The translations under genes were made by a program, and so were the position numbers. 34,061 nt of DNA from an uncultured Pseudomonadota bacterium (GTDB lineage Bacteria > Myxococcota_A > UBA9042 > CAIXZC01), in NCBI GenBank assembly GCA_937884235.1, contig CALGBT010000815.1, positions 1 to 34,061 of the forward strand, read 5' to 3'. The notes beneath the pieces were generated by a model. It saw only the letters and a list, made by a program, of their open reading frames with translations. It was not told the origin of the DNA and searched no databases. Of this stretch, positions 15,534-25,245 are shown piece after piece; within the stretch, counting starts at the first letter, position 1, and each line of letters starts with the position of its first letter.

Positions 15534-15694
15534 GAGGTGCCTCCGTAATCGTCACGCGATAGTACAGTCCGCGAGCCATTGCTGCAAGTCAGGCACCACG
15601 CGGGCCCGGTCGATTTTTTGTGCTTCTGCCCCTGCTCCTCCCGATATAGAGGATGGAGCAATCCTGCCCCAGCGACCGCAGCAAGGAGGCATCC

Positions 15695-16252
15695 ATGATC
15701 TTTCAGTGGACCATTCTGCTACTCATTTCTCCCCTTATGATGCCGGCCATGCCGGCAGGACGACCGCCTGACCCCGGGGAACTGGTGATAACCGAGATCA
15801 TGGTGGACCCACATGCGACAAAGGACACCTACGGGGAGTACCTGGAGGTCACCAACGTCAGCGACGACCCAGTCCAACTGCTCGGTCTCATAGTCCGGGA
15901 TCACGACCGTGACTGGTGCCCGGTGACACGGCCACTGCTGGTCCCAGCCGGCCGGGCCGTGGTCTTTGCCCGCCGCTGGGAACCGTCGGCCAATGGCGGG
16001 TTCTTCCCCAGCTACCTCTGCACGGGCCATGCGCTCCACCTCAAAAACGACCGCGACAGCATCGTCCTCGACTGGTACGGGGTGGACATCGACGAGGTCA
16101 CCTATCGAGCCCGGGAGTGGCCGCTAGAACCGGGCAAAGCCATGGAACTGGACCGCTCCTGCTATGACTCGGCCATCAACGATGAACCGTCGGCGTGGGC
16201 CAGGTCACGCACCCCCATGCCCAGCGGCGACTTTGGCACACCCGGGAAATAG
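15695..16252 (+). CDS. secreted lamin-tail-domain (LTD) protein
   Basis: ATG 15695 lies after AAGGAGG. There is a hydrophobic N-terminus. LVITEIMVDPHATKDTYGEYLEVTNVSDDPVQLLGLIVRD is the characteristic LTD opening motif. Length is ~185 aa. Confidence 0.75.
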   Translation: MIFQWTILLLISPLMMPAMPAGRPPDPGELVITEIMVDPHATKDTYGEYLEVTNVSDDPVQLLGLIVRDHDRDWCPVTRPLLVPAGRAVVFARRWEPSANGGFFPSYLCTGHALHLKNDRDSIVLDWYGVDIDEVTYRAREWPLEPGKAMELDRSCYDSAINDEPSAWARSRTPMPSGDFGTPGK

Positions 16253-16281
16253 GGCACCGCCAGAAAGGCACTGCGAAAATG

Positions 16282-16310
16282 TTTGCAACCTCTACCCAGA
16301 TGAGTAGACT
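16282..16310 (+). promoter_or_regulatory. possible sigma70-type promoter upstream of the amylase gene
   Basis: TTTGCA, a 17-nt spacer, then TAGACT, about 35 nt upstream of the ATG at 16346. This is a weak sequence match only. Confidence 0.2.
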
Positions 16311-16345
16311 CGGCTTGAAAAGCGTAACTCAAAACGGAGGCACGC

Positions 16346-18730
16346 ATGCCGCCAGTTGCCCGACCGGTCCTGATTTCGCTCATTGCTCTGGCCCTCGCTG
16401 CGTGCGAGCAGTCACCGGCCTCCTATGATTACCACGGAGCCACCGCAGACCTTACAGCACCAGATCTGGGCGCCACCACCGTTGACCTTTTCGCTCCCCC
16501 CGACGGCGACACCCTGGACTCTTTGCCAGATGTCGAGGAGCAGGACATGCCGCCACTGGACGATGATGTCGTGGCAGGAGATCAGGAGCCAGGAAACGAC
16601 AGTGCCGACAGCGATGCCGAGAGCGAACCGGAGTTGAATTGCGGCGAGGTGTTACTCACCTACGCCGGGGCCCCGGGCGTGCAGGAAGTGCTGGTCTCAG
16701 GTTCCTTCAACGATTGGGGCGACAGCGCCGCCACCGCAACGGTGCTGACTGACGACGACGGGGACGACACGTGGCAGGCATTGGTAACCCTCCCTCCCGG
16801 CAGCTACCAGTACAAGTTTGTTGTCGACGGCGTGTGGCTGGCCGACCCGGCCAACCCCAATCAGGCTGACGACGGCTACGGCGGCATTAACTCCGTTCTT
16901 GTTGTCGCACCCTGCCCGCAGCCCGGTGCTCTGACCCTCAAGGATCATGCCACCGATGAGTTCGGCGGTTTTCACGCCACCTTCACCGCCCTTGCCGGGG
17001 AAGCACCGGCGCAGGCTGAGGTCTCCGTCACGGTGGACCACGAGCCCGTGGCCGATGCCGTTGATGTCAACGAAGATACTGTGGAGATCACTGTCGAGGG
17101 TTTGCCCCAGGGCATCCACGATGTGCGGGTCACGGTGGGCGACAGGACTTACCTGCTGAAAGTCTATGTTGACATCAGCACCGATTGGCGAGAGACCATT
17201 CTCTACTTTGTTATGACCGACCGTTTCGCCAACGGCGACGCCGCCAACGATGGGCCGCTTGAAGATGTGGACTGGCGGACCAACTATCAGGGTGGGGATT
17301 TCGCCGGCGTGACCCAGAAGCTCGAGGCGGGCTACTTCGACGACCTCGGAGTCGGGGCCATCTGGCTGAGCTGGCCCGTGGACAACCCCGGCGGCTTCCA
17401 CGATGGCGGGCGCCCTTCCCAGCACTACTGCGGCATGGACCCCAAGACCGCCCCCATGGAGGGAACTCGCTACACCGGCTATCACGGCTACTGGCCTTCG
17501 GACCTCTACAAGACGGAGGAACACTTCGGCACCATGGCGGAACTGCAGGCACTGGTCACCACTGCCCATGCCCACGGCATCCGCATCCTCCTCGACTTCA
17601 CGGCCAACCACGTTCACGAATCATCGCCCTTCTTCCAGGAGCACAAGGATGACGGCTTCTTCCACTTCCCCGCAGAAATCTGCCAGGACGTGGGTTGGGA
17701 CAACAAACCCGTGAGTTGCTGGTTCACCAGCTACCTGCCGGATCTGAACTACAGGAATGCTGCGGCCATTGAGGCAGTCCTCGACTACGCCATGTTCTGG
17801 GCCAAAGAGACCGGTTGTGACGGCTTTCGCCTCGATGCTGTAAAGCACATTGAGATGGAGTTCGTGCACGCACTGCGCGCCCGAGCCAAAGTAGAGATGG
17901 AACTGACGGGGATCGATTTCTATATCGTCGGCGAGACCTTCACCGGCGATGCGGGACTCATCAAGAGCTTTATCGGGACTGACAAGATCCATGGGCAATT
18001 CGATTTCCCGGCCAACATGCAGCTCCTCAAGGCCTTCGCCAGAGAGGAGATCGGCCTCGACGAGATGGATGAAGCCGTGCGTACCGCCAAGGCCAGCTAT
18101 GGCCCCGATGCGATCATGTCCAACTTCATTGGCAATCATGATATCGCCCGGTTTGTCAGCCAGGCCTCGGGGATGATCTCCTGTGGCATCTGGGATGTGG
18201 TGAGCAACATAGCTCAGGGTTGGCTGGCCCCACCCAACAAACCGACCAACGCGGATGCGTACAATCGCCTCAAGCTGGCCTTCACCTATATCATGACCAT
18301 CCCCGGCATCCCCCTGATCTACTACGGCGATGAGTTTGGCATGCCGGGCGCTGGCGACCCCGACAACCGGCGCATGATGTACTTTGGCAACGACTTGAGC
18401 TTCGATGAAACTGACACCCTGCAGTTCTTGCGGCAACTGGGCACGGCTCGCAATGCGCACCCGGCTTTGGCCCGGGGTGATTGGCTCGGTCCCCTTTGGT
18501 CCGAGGGGGACTTTCTGGCCTACGCCCGCACCGCCGCTGGTGACCGCGTCCTCATCCTCATCAACCGCTCAGCTGAAGCGAAAACGGGCAAGATAGACCT
18601 GACCCAAACCCTGATCCCAGGCGGCACAGTACTAGTCGACGTCTTTTCCGGAACCAGCGTTACCGTGGATCAGAACCTGCAATTCTCTTTCTCAATTCCC
18701 GGTCGCTCCGCGGCGATTTACACTCAGTAG
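16346..18730 (+). CDS. alpha-amylase family (GH13) lipoprotein with N-terminal CBM48/AMPK-type glycogen-binding module
   Basis: Lipobox LALAAC-EQ followed by an acidic linker. VLVSGSFNDWG...PGSYQYKFVVDGVWLADPANP is CBM48-like. The GH13 conserved regions are DFTANHV (I), GFRLDAVKH (II), YIVGETF (III) and FIGNHD (IV). WRETILYFVMTDRFANGD and GGDFAGV are also present. Confidence 0.9.
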   Translation: MPPVARPVLISLIALALAACEQSPASYDYHGATADLTAPDLGATTVDLFAPPDGDTLDSLPDVEEQDMPPLDDDVVAGDQEPGNDSADSDAESEPELNCGEVLLTYAGAPGVQEVLVSGSFNDWGDSAATATVLTDDDGDDTWQALVTLPPGSYQYKFVVDGVWLADPANPNQADDGYGGINSVLVVAPCPQPGALTLKDHATDEFGGFHATFTALAGEAPAQAEVSVTVDHEPVADAVDVNEDTVEITVEGLPQGIHDVRVTVGDRTYLLKVYVDISTDWRETILYFVMTDRFANGDAANDGPLEDVDWRTNYQGGDFAGVTQKLEAGYFDDLGVGAIWLSWPVDNPGGFHDGGRPSQHYCGMDPKTAPMEGTRYTGYHGYWPSDLYKTEEHFGTMAELQALVTTAHAHGIRILLDFTANHVHESSPFFQEHKDDGFFHFPAEICQDVGWDNKPVSCWFTSYLPDLNYRNAAAIEAVLDYAMFWAKETGCDGFRLDAVKHIEMEFVHALRARAKVEMELTGIDFYIVGETFTGDAGLIKSFIGTDKIHGQFDFPANMQLLKAFAREEIGLDEMDEAVRTAKASYGPDAIMSNFIGNHDIARFVSQASGMISCGIWDVVSNIAQGWLAPPNKPTNADAYNRLKLAFTYIMTIPGIPLIYYGDEFGMPGAGDPDNRRMMYFGNDLSFDETDTLQFLRQLGTARNAHPALARGDWLGPLWSEGDFLAYARTAAGDRVLILINRSAEAKTGKIDLTQTLIPGGTVLVDVFSGTSVTVDQNLQFSFSIPGRSAAIYTQ

Positions 18731-18812
18731 TGCGCTTGGCGTTTGCCAATTCCCACGCTTTGTCAGATAATCGGCACCATAGAGACCGCCGCCCATAGCA
18801 CGAGGAATCGCC

Positions 18813-21800
18813 ATGAATCGTTTCGCCCTTGCCGCAGCCCTTCTGCTCGCAACAACTCTCCTGCTGGCGTGCAGCAACCAGGGGGGCGTAACACTCCTCA
18901 AGGATGCCATGGATTCCCAACAGGGGGACGGCAAAACTGTGCTGGACATGGCGGTCGAAGAGAGCCTCAGCGACCTGCGGCACGACGCCTGGACTGAGGA
19001 CAACCGTGGCGATACTGCCGACCTCCGCGACGAGCCCAGCGACTTCGGCACACCTTGCTCCGACAACGACGACTGCCTTTCCGGGCTGTGCATCCCGCAT
19101 CGGGGTGAGCTGGTCTGCTCCCATGAATGTGTAGAAGAGTGCCCCGACGGATTCATCTGCAGTGCCATCACTTCCGGCGGCCCGGACATGTTCTTTGCCT
19201 GCATCAGCCTCTACCCGTCACTCTGCTTGCCCTGCTCGTCCAGCGACGATTGCGAGCCGGGCCCAGGCGTGCCCACGGCCTGCGTCATCTACCCGGGCGA
19301 GGGCTCCTTCTGCGCCACCCAATGCACTGAGGAGATTCTCTGCCCCGAGGGAAGCTACTGCCTCGACGTCGATACCATGGAAGGGGGCAGCGGCAACTAC
19401 TGCACCAGGAACCAGGGCCCCTGCGAGTGTACTCAGTTCGCCATTGCCACGGGCCTCAAGACGCCCTGCTCGGTGACCAACGACTTTGGCACCTGCTCCG
19501 GCAACCGGGTATGCCAGGCCGATGGTCTGACCGAATGTAATGCAGCAGTCCCCAACGAGGAGTTCTGCAACGGCGCCGACGACAACTGTGACGGCCAGGT
19601 AGACGAGGGTACCTGCGTCGATGACAACCCTTGCACCCTGGATGAATGCCAGCCCAACCAAGGCTGCATCTTCACCCCACAGGAGGGGATGGAGTGCGAC
19701 GACGGCGACCCCTGCACGGTTGCCGAGCTGTGCCTGGCCGGCATCTGCCAGGGGTCGCCGGTGACTTGCAGCGATGACAACCAGTGCACCGATGACCTCT
19801 GCAGCATCGACGGTGGCTGCTCCTTTGAGCCCAACCAGGATGCCTGTGATGACGGTGACCCGTGCACCGTTGGCGATACCTGCAAGCTGGGACTCTGCAC
19901 GAGCACACCGATTGCGTGCAACTGCACGGTCGATGCCGATTGCAAAGCCCTGGAAGACGGCGATGCCTGCAACGGCACTCTTTTCTGCGACGTCTCGCAG
20001 ATCCCATATCAATGCCAGCCCGTGCCCGGCAGCGTCGTTGACTGCCCGGCACCGGAGGGAAAGAACAAGCTCTGCATGGCCGCCTGGTGCGACCCGTCGG
20101 ACGGCAGCTGCTCGCTGGTTCCAGCCAACGGGGGAAACCCCTGTGACGACGGCAATAAGTGCACTTATGGTGAGAGCTGCAGCGACGGCGCCTGTGTTGG
20201 CGGCAAAGCCCTCAACTGCAATGACGGCGATCCCTGCACCGATGACGCCTGCCAGGCGACGACAGGCTGCACAGCCACCTTCAATGACGCCCCCTGCGAT
20301 AATGGCAACTTCTGCACCACCAATGACTTCTGCGTCGCCGGGGAATGTACCGCGGGAGAAGCGCTCAACTGCAACGACAACAACGCCTGTACCAACGATA
20401 TCTGCAACCCGGTCAAGGGCTGCCTGCACACCAACAGCAGTCAACCCTGCGACGACCTCGACCCCTGCACCGAGCAAGACTCCTGCTCCGGCGGATTCTG
20501 CCTGGGCACCGTCCCCAAGAATTGTAACGACAACAACCCCTGCACGGACGACATCTGCGTTCCCCTGGCGGGTTGCTCCTACAACAACAACAGCAATCCG
20601 TGCAGTGACGGCAATGCCTGTACGGTGGCCGACAAGTGCGTCGGTGGTTCCTGCAATCCCGGGAACACCCTTGATTGCGATGACGGCAATGTCTGCACCA
20701 ACGACTCATGCTCGCCTGCGGAAGGCTGCCAGCATGCCCCCAACAAGTCCCCCTGCGACGACAACAACTCCTGTACCTCGCAGGACCAGTGCGCTGCGGG
20801 CAAGTGCATCGGCAGTGCCGATGTTGATTGCGACGATGACAATCCCTGCACCAAGGATCTCTGCCTCGCCAATGGTGGTTGCCAACACGAGAATGTGGTG
20901 GCACCGTGTAGCGATGGCAACCCCTGTACTGCGGGGGACATTTGCGCCAACGGCGAGTGTCAACCTGGAGACTCTGTGGATTGCGACGATGGCAACGTCT
21001 GTACTGCCGATTCCTGCAGCCAGAGCAATGGGTTGTGCCTCCATTCCCCCACCCCCGGGGATTGTGACGACAACAACCCGTGTACAACGAAGGACGCCTG
21101 CGGTGGTGGCAAATGCGTCGGCACTACTCCTCCCGATTGCAACGACCAGAACGTTTGCACTACCGACTACTGCGACCCGGCCAGTGGCTGCGTTCACCTG
21201 CTCAACAGCGCACCCTGTGATGACGACAACCTTTGCACCACCAAAGACCAGTGCAACCTCGGCGAGTGCGCCGGCGGTCCAGCCCTCTCCTGCACCGACG
21301 GAAATCCCTGCACCGACGACGGCTGCAACGCGGCGACCGGCTGCACCTTCACGCCCAACACCACACCTTGCGACGATGCCAACGCATGCACTGAGGGCGA
21401 TACCTGCAAGTCCGGGTGGTGCGTAGGCGTCGCCTCCAGTTGCGACGATCTCAACCCCTGCACCGCGGACAGCTGCGACCCGGGGGTCGGTTGCCTGCAC
21501 CTGCCTGCGGCGGGTGCTTGTGACGACAACGATGCTTGCACCGGCGATGATCTCTGCGCCAATGGACTGTGCGGCAGCGGGCCCGCAGTCAACTGCAACG
21601 ACGGCAACATCTGCACTGCCGACGCCTGCGACGCCGATACCGGTTGCACGCACACACCGACGGACGGAGGGTGCGACGACGACAATGCTTGCACCGTGGG
21701 TGATTCCTGCAATGAGGGCACCTGTCAAGCCGGGGGCATAGCCCTTGACTGCGACGACAGCGAGGTCTGCACCGATGATTCCTGCGACCCTGACCTGGGC

Positions 21801-22388
21801 TGCCAGCACACCAACAACGCAGTAGCCTGTGATGACAGCAACCAGTGCACCGTGGGCGATGTCTGTGCCATTGGCGTTTGCACCGCCGGGCCAGCTACCC
21901 TCGACTGCAGTGACAACGACCCCTGCACCACCGACACCTGCGACCCGAACCTCGGGTGCCAGCACTCGGGAGGCGGCTGCCTGCAATTCAGTCACGCCTT
22001 CAGCGCCGGCCCCACCACAGGAGCCGCCTGCAACAAGTGGAACGCCTTCCGGGCCACGCTGACTGGCAACTACAGCAAGGTCACCATCAAGGGCACTTAC
22101 GACCAGGTCGGCGTCTCCTGCACCGGGGCCAGCGCCAATGCCATCTGCAACTCGCTGCGCACCAAATCGGCCGGCTCCTGGAGCTGCGGCGGGCGGACCT
22201 GGCGCACTGGGGACTGCGGCGGTGACATCGAGGTCAACGCCAATGGCGACATGTGCAATTGTCCGGGCAACGGTTACACCGTGCGACCCTGCATAGACTA
22301 CCCGGGGTCGTCAAACCCCAACTGGGGCGGAGCCCTCACAGAGACCTGCAACAGTCCAACGCAAACCCTTGAACTGATTTGCCAGTAG
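18813..22388 (+). CDS. giant cysteine-rich repeat lipoprotein, paralog 2 (C-terminal 11-Cys module instead of glycine-rich domain)
   Basis: Lipobox LLLAC-SN followed by an acidic linker. The head is colinear with paralog 1 and ends CNGADDNCDGQVDE. There are 14 bipartite ~51-aa repeats with the same insert after unit 2. The last 136 aa (CLQFSHAF...TLELICQ) are unrelated to the other two tips. Confidence 0.92.
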   Translation: MNRFALAAALLLATTLLLACSNQGGVTLLKDAMDSQQGDGKTVLDMAVEESLSDLRHDAWTEDNRGDTADLRDEPSDFGTPCSDNDDCLSGLCIPHRGELVCSHECVEECPDGFICSAITSGGPDMFFACISLYPSLCLPCSSSDDCEPGPGVPTACVIYPGEGSFCATQCTEEILCPEGSYCLDVDTMEGGSGNYCTRNQGPCECTQFAIATGLKTPCSVTNDFGTCSGNRVCQADGLTECNAAVPNEEFCNGADDNCDGQVDEGTCVDDNPCTLDECQPNQGCIFTPQEGMECDDGDPCTVAELCLAGICQGSPVTCSDDNQCTDDLCSIDGGCSFEPNQDACDDGDPCTVGDTCKLGLCTSTPIACNCTVDADCKALEDGDACNGTLFCDVSQIPYQCQPVPGSVVDCPAPEGKNKLCMAAWCDPSDGSCSLVPANGGNPCDDGNKCTYGESCSDGACVGGKALNCNDGDPCTDDACQATTGCTATFNDAPCDNGNFCTTNDFCVAGECTAGEALNCNDNNACTNDICNPVKGCLHTNSSQPCDDLDPCTEQDSCSGGFCLGTVPKNCNDNNPCTDDICVPLAGCSYNNNSNPCSDGNACTVADKCVGGSCNPGNTLDCDDGNVCTNDSCSPAEGCQHAPNKSPCDDNNSCTSQDQCAAGKCIGSADVDCDDDNPCTKDLCLANGGCQHENVVAPCSDGNPCTAGDICANGECQPGDSVDCDDGNVCTADSCSQSNGLCLHSPTPGDCDDNNPCTTKDACGGGKCVGTTPPDCNDQNVCTTDYCDPASGCVHLLNSAPCDDDNLCTTKDQCNLGECAGGPALSCTDGNPCTDDGCNAATGCTFTPNTTPCDDANACTEGDTCKSGWCVGVASSCDDLNPCTADSCDPGVGCLHLPAAGACDDNDACTGDDLCANGLCGSGPAVNCNDGNICTADACDADTGCTHTPTDGGCDDDNACTVGDSCNEGTCQAGGIALDCDDSEVCTDDSCDPDLGCQHTNNAVACDDSNQCTVGDVCAIGVCTAGPATLDCSDNDPCTTDTCDPNLGCQHSGGGCLQFSHAFSAGPTTGAACNKWNAFRATLTGNYSKVTIKGTYDQVGVSCTGASANAICNSLRTKSAGSWSCGGRTWRTGDCGGDIEVNANGDMCNCPGNGYTVRPCIDYPGSSNPNWGGALTETCNSPTQTLELICQ
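19614..21977 (+). repeat. in-frame tandem coding repeat array, ~153-nt period, 14 units, split by a 75-aa insert
   Basis: The A-unit first Cys falls at aa 444, 495, 546, 597, 648, 699, 751, 802, 853, 903, 954 and 1006. Spacing is 51 aa except three steps of 52, 50 and 52. Confidence 0.9.
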
Positions 22389-22393
22389 GGACC

Positions 22394-23275
22394 ATGGGAA
22401 CCGCCACCGGAAGTCTGCATGATACCGGCGAGTTTCGTCGCCACGGCCTGTTGGCAACGGGACTCTACCTGGTCACCATCATGGCTGTGGGCGGTGCCAT
22501 GTGGGGGTTCATTTGGAGTCATGGGGCGCAACGGCCCCAGGTGACTCTGCCTGACACCGGCTCCAGGTGGGCCGACGACACCCCGGTGATTGCCGGGACC
22601 GGTGCCGCCCTGCCACTTCTCCACCACCTTACCAGGAGTTGGCGTCAAGCGGGCGGGCAGACTATCCAGGTGGCCCCAAGCATCGGCTCTGGTGGCGGAC
22701 TCGCCGCCTTGCGGGACGGTGTTATCGACTGCGCCATCGTCTCCCGTCCTCTCACCGCCGAGGAGAGAGCCGGCCGGGTTGTCCAGCAACTGGCCATGGC
22801 CCCCATCGTCCTGGCCGCAGGAAGTAATGTCCCCATGGAGAAGATCACCCCCAGGGATCTGGTGCAACTGGTGCGTCCAGCTGCCACTTCAGACTCATCC
22901 AGCGCCGGGTTTGTCCTGCGCGAACCGGGAGACTCCGGGCAGCAGTTGCTGGCAGAGGCTCTCCCGGACCTGGCAGCAGCACTAGCAGACGCCACGGCCC
23001 ATGAGTCCCGGCCAATGGCTTTCACCGATGCGGACATGGAACGACGTCTCCTGGCTCGCAGCAACCTTATTGGGGTCTTCGACCTGGGCACCATTCGCCT
23101 CCGCTCCCTACCACTCCAGGTGCTGCCCATTGAGGGACTCTCCACAGAGCTGGTCCGCCCCTTCACCCTGGTTTGCCACGCTGAGCATCGGCTTGACGGC
23201 TTTCTCCACTACCTCAACACGACGCCCGTGCGTGAAGCGCTGCTCTCTTTTGGCTATCAGCTGGGGGAGAACTAG
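22394..23275 (+). CDS. membrane-anchored PstS-like periplasmic binding protein (PBP_like_2 type)
   Basis: N-terminal TM is LLATGLYLVTIMAVGGAMWGFIW. SIGSGGGLAALRDGVIDCAIVSRPLTAEE resembles the phosphate-binding-protein-family motif. The start is uncertain: ATG at 22394, or TTG at 22379 overlapping the paralog-2 stop. Confidence 0.65.
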   Translation: MGTATGSLHDTGEFRRHGLLATGLYLVTIMAVGGAMWGFIWSHGAQRPQVTLPDTGSRWADDTPVIAGTGAALPLLHHLTRSWRQAGGQTIQVAPSIGSGGGLAALRDGVIDCAIVSRPLTAEERAGRVVQQLAMAPIVLAAGSNVPMEKITPRDLVQLVRPAATSDSSSAGFVLREPGDSGQQLLAEALPDLAAALADATAHESRPMAFTDADMERRLLARSNLIGVFDLGTIRLRSLPLQVLPIEGLSTELVRPFTLVCHAEHRLDGFLHYLNTTPVREALLSFGYQLGEN

Positions 23276-23276
23276 C

Positions 23277-24614
23277 ATGGTTTCTCGCACCTGGCAGACC
23301 AGTCTTACCTATCGCCTCGGCAGAACCGTACTGCCGCTTTCCGCGGTGGCGGCCCTGCTGCTGGCACTTAGCGCCCCGGTGGCCTGGTTCGCCCTGAAGT
23401 ACGGCGAGCTGACGCTGCGGGCCCAAGGCACAGCAGCCCGAGTTGCGGCGGAGCTGGGGCAGTTTGTGCACGAATCACCCCGGCTCTGGCCGTACAATAC
23501 GCCGAAGATAAGCCAACGCATGCAGTCACTGCTGTCCCTCGATGCCGACACCTACATTGCCGTCGTGGGCCCGGGGGGAGACAGTGCGTATGAGCGAGAC
23601 CCGCAAGATGGCCCCTATCTCTGGCACCTGGAAACTCTGTCCACTGCGGGCGGCACTGGCGGATGGGTCGTTGTGGGGGTCTCGGCCGGCAAGTTCCTGG
23701 CTACTGCGCTCACTCTGCTGGCCGGTTTCGGCCTCCTCGGGGGTGTTGTCGCAGGCTTGCTCTTCATGCTGCCAATGAAGGCCATGCGCAGCACCGAAGA
23801 ACAGCTCAGCACTACTCTGGGTAGCTTGAGCGAAGCCCAGGAGCGCCTGCGCGGCATCAATGAGGAACTGGAACTGCGCGTCCGGGAGAAGACTCAGGGA
23901 CTGGTCGATGCCCACGACCAACTCACCGCCCAGCAAGAAGCTCTTCAACGCCTCGCAGCCTCTCTCTACAATGCCCAGGAGGAAGAGCGTCACCGGATCG
24001 CCGCGGATCTGCACGATTCCGTGGGGCAGATGTTGACGGCAATTCGCGTCAATCTCGAAACCGCAGAGAGGATGCAGGAAGAAGGTTCGGACGGCGCACC
24101 ATTGGGCCCGCTCCTCCAGCACACCTCGGATCTCGTTAATCAAACCACCGACTCGATCCGGCAGGCCATCCATCTTCTCGAACCGCCGCAAATGCAGGAG
24201 GGCGGCCTGCGTCGCGCCCTCAAAGCTCTCGACCGGCAGTTTGAACTGACCCCCTATGAGATGGTTGTGGACGACTCTGGGCTACCTGAAGAGCGGCTGC
24301 CGGCAACTGTGGAGGCGCTGGCCTTCCGCATTGTCCAGGAGGCGCTCAACAACGCCCTACGCCACGGTGGTGCCGACGTTGTCAGGCTGCGCCTCGATGT
24401 CCGGGAAGGGGTTTTCCTTGTCGTTGTCGAAGACAACGGCAGTCGCGGGCGCCAGGTCTACAAGGAAGGGCACGGCCTCGCATCGTTGCGCGACAAGGTC
24501 CAGCTACTGGGCGGCCAGTTCAAAGTTGAGCCGCTGCCAAATGGCCATGCTGTAGCGGCCTCCATCCCCATTTTGACCGTCACTCCAACTGCTCCGGAGC
24601 GCGATGACGACTGA
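23277..24614 (+). CDS. sensor histidine kinase, HisKA_3 (NarX/DesK-like) class
   Basis: ATG 23277 lies 1 nt after the PBP stop; the ORF-track N-terminal extension to 23001 overlaps that gene. Two TM segments flank a ~150-aa periplasmic region, followed by a coiled coil. The H-box is EEERHRIAADLHDSVGQ, the N-box QEALNNALRHG, G1 VEDNGSRG and G2 GHGLASL. Confidence 0.87.
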   Translation: MVSRTWQTSLTYRLGRTVLPLSAVAALLLALSAPVAWFALKYGELTLRAQGTAARVAAELGQFVHESPRLWPYNTPKISQRMQSLLSLDADTYIAVVGPGGDSAYERDPQDGPYLWHLETLSTAGGTGGWVVVGVSAGKFLATALTLLAGFGLLGGVVAGLLFMLPMKAMRSTEEQLSTTLGSLSEAQERLRGINEELELRVREKTQGLVDAHDQLTAQQEALQRLAASLYNAQEEERHRIAADLHDSVGQMLTAIRVNLETAERMQEEGSDGAPLGPLLQHTSDLVNQTTDSIRQAIHLLEPPQMQEGGLRRALKALDRQFELTPYEMVVDDSGLPEERLPATVEALAFRIVQEALNNALRHGGADVVRLRLDVREGVFLVVVEDNGSRGRQVYKEGHGLASLRDKVQLLGGQFKVEPLPNGHAVAASIPILTVTPTAPERDDD

Positions 24615-25245
24615 ATCGATAGTGCGCATCCTGGTAGTGGATGACCACACTATCGTGCGCCAAGGGCTGGTCGCCCTCCTCTCTGGAGTCACCGATTTTG
24701 CCGTCGTGGCCGATTGCGGCAGCGGCTTGCAGGCCGTCAGCCTGGCGGAGAAGCACCGGCCGGACATTGTGCTCCTCGATTTGAGCCTGCCGGACATGAA
24801 CGGCGTGGAGGTCATCCACGAACTGGCGGCACGCAGCCTCCCCACCCGTGTCGTCGTCCTGACCATGCACGCGAACCCCGACTACGCCAGACCGGCCTTG
24901 CGCGCAGGGGCGGCTGGATATCTGATCAAGGGCTCCGATATCGGCGATCTCGTCACCGCCATTCGCAAGGCAGTACAAGGTGAAACCCACTTGAGCCCGG
25001 TAGTCGCCAGCATGCTTGTGGATTCACCGCCATCACCCTTCAGTGACCGGCTCTCCCCGCGGGAGGAAGAAGTACTCCGCCTGGTTGCCCAGGGGAAAAC
25101 CAGTAGAGAGGTCGGTTTGCTCCTGGAGATCAGCCCGCGTACTGTGGACAACCACCGGCGCAATATCATGGAGAAGTTGGGGGTCAACGATGTTGTCAGC
25201 CTGACCAGAGCTGCAATTAAGGCTGGCCTGGTGATGCCGGAGTAG
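24604..25245 (+). CDS. NarL/FixJ-family response regulator (REC + LuxR-type HTH)
   Basis: It overlaps the kinase stop by 11 nt. The REC domain shows ILVVDDHTIVRQG...DIVLLDLSLPDMNG. The HTH is LSPREEEVLRLVAQGKTSREVGLLLEISPRTVDNHRRNIMEKLG. Confidence 0.92.
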   Translation: MTTESIVRILVVDDHTIVRQGLVALLSGVTDFAVVADCGSGLQAVSLAEKHRPDIVLLDLSLPDMNGVEVIHELAARSLPTRVVVLTMHANPDYARPALRAGAAGYLIKGSDIGDLVTAIRKAVQGETHLSPVVASMLVDSPPSPFSDRLSPREEEVLRLVAQGKTSREVGLLLEISPRTVDNHRRNIMEKLGVNDVVSLTRAAIKAGLVMPE

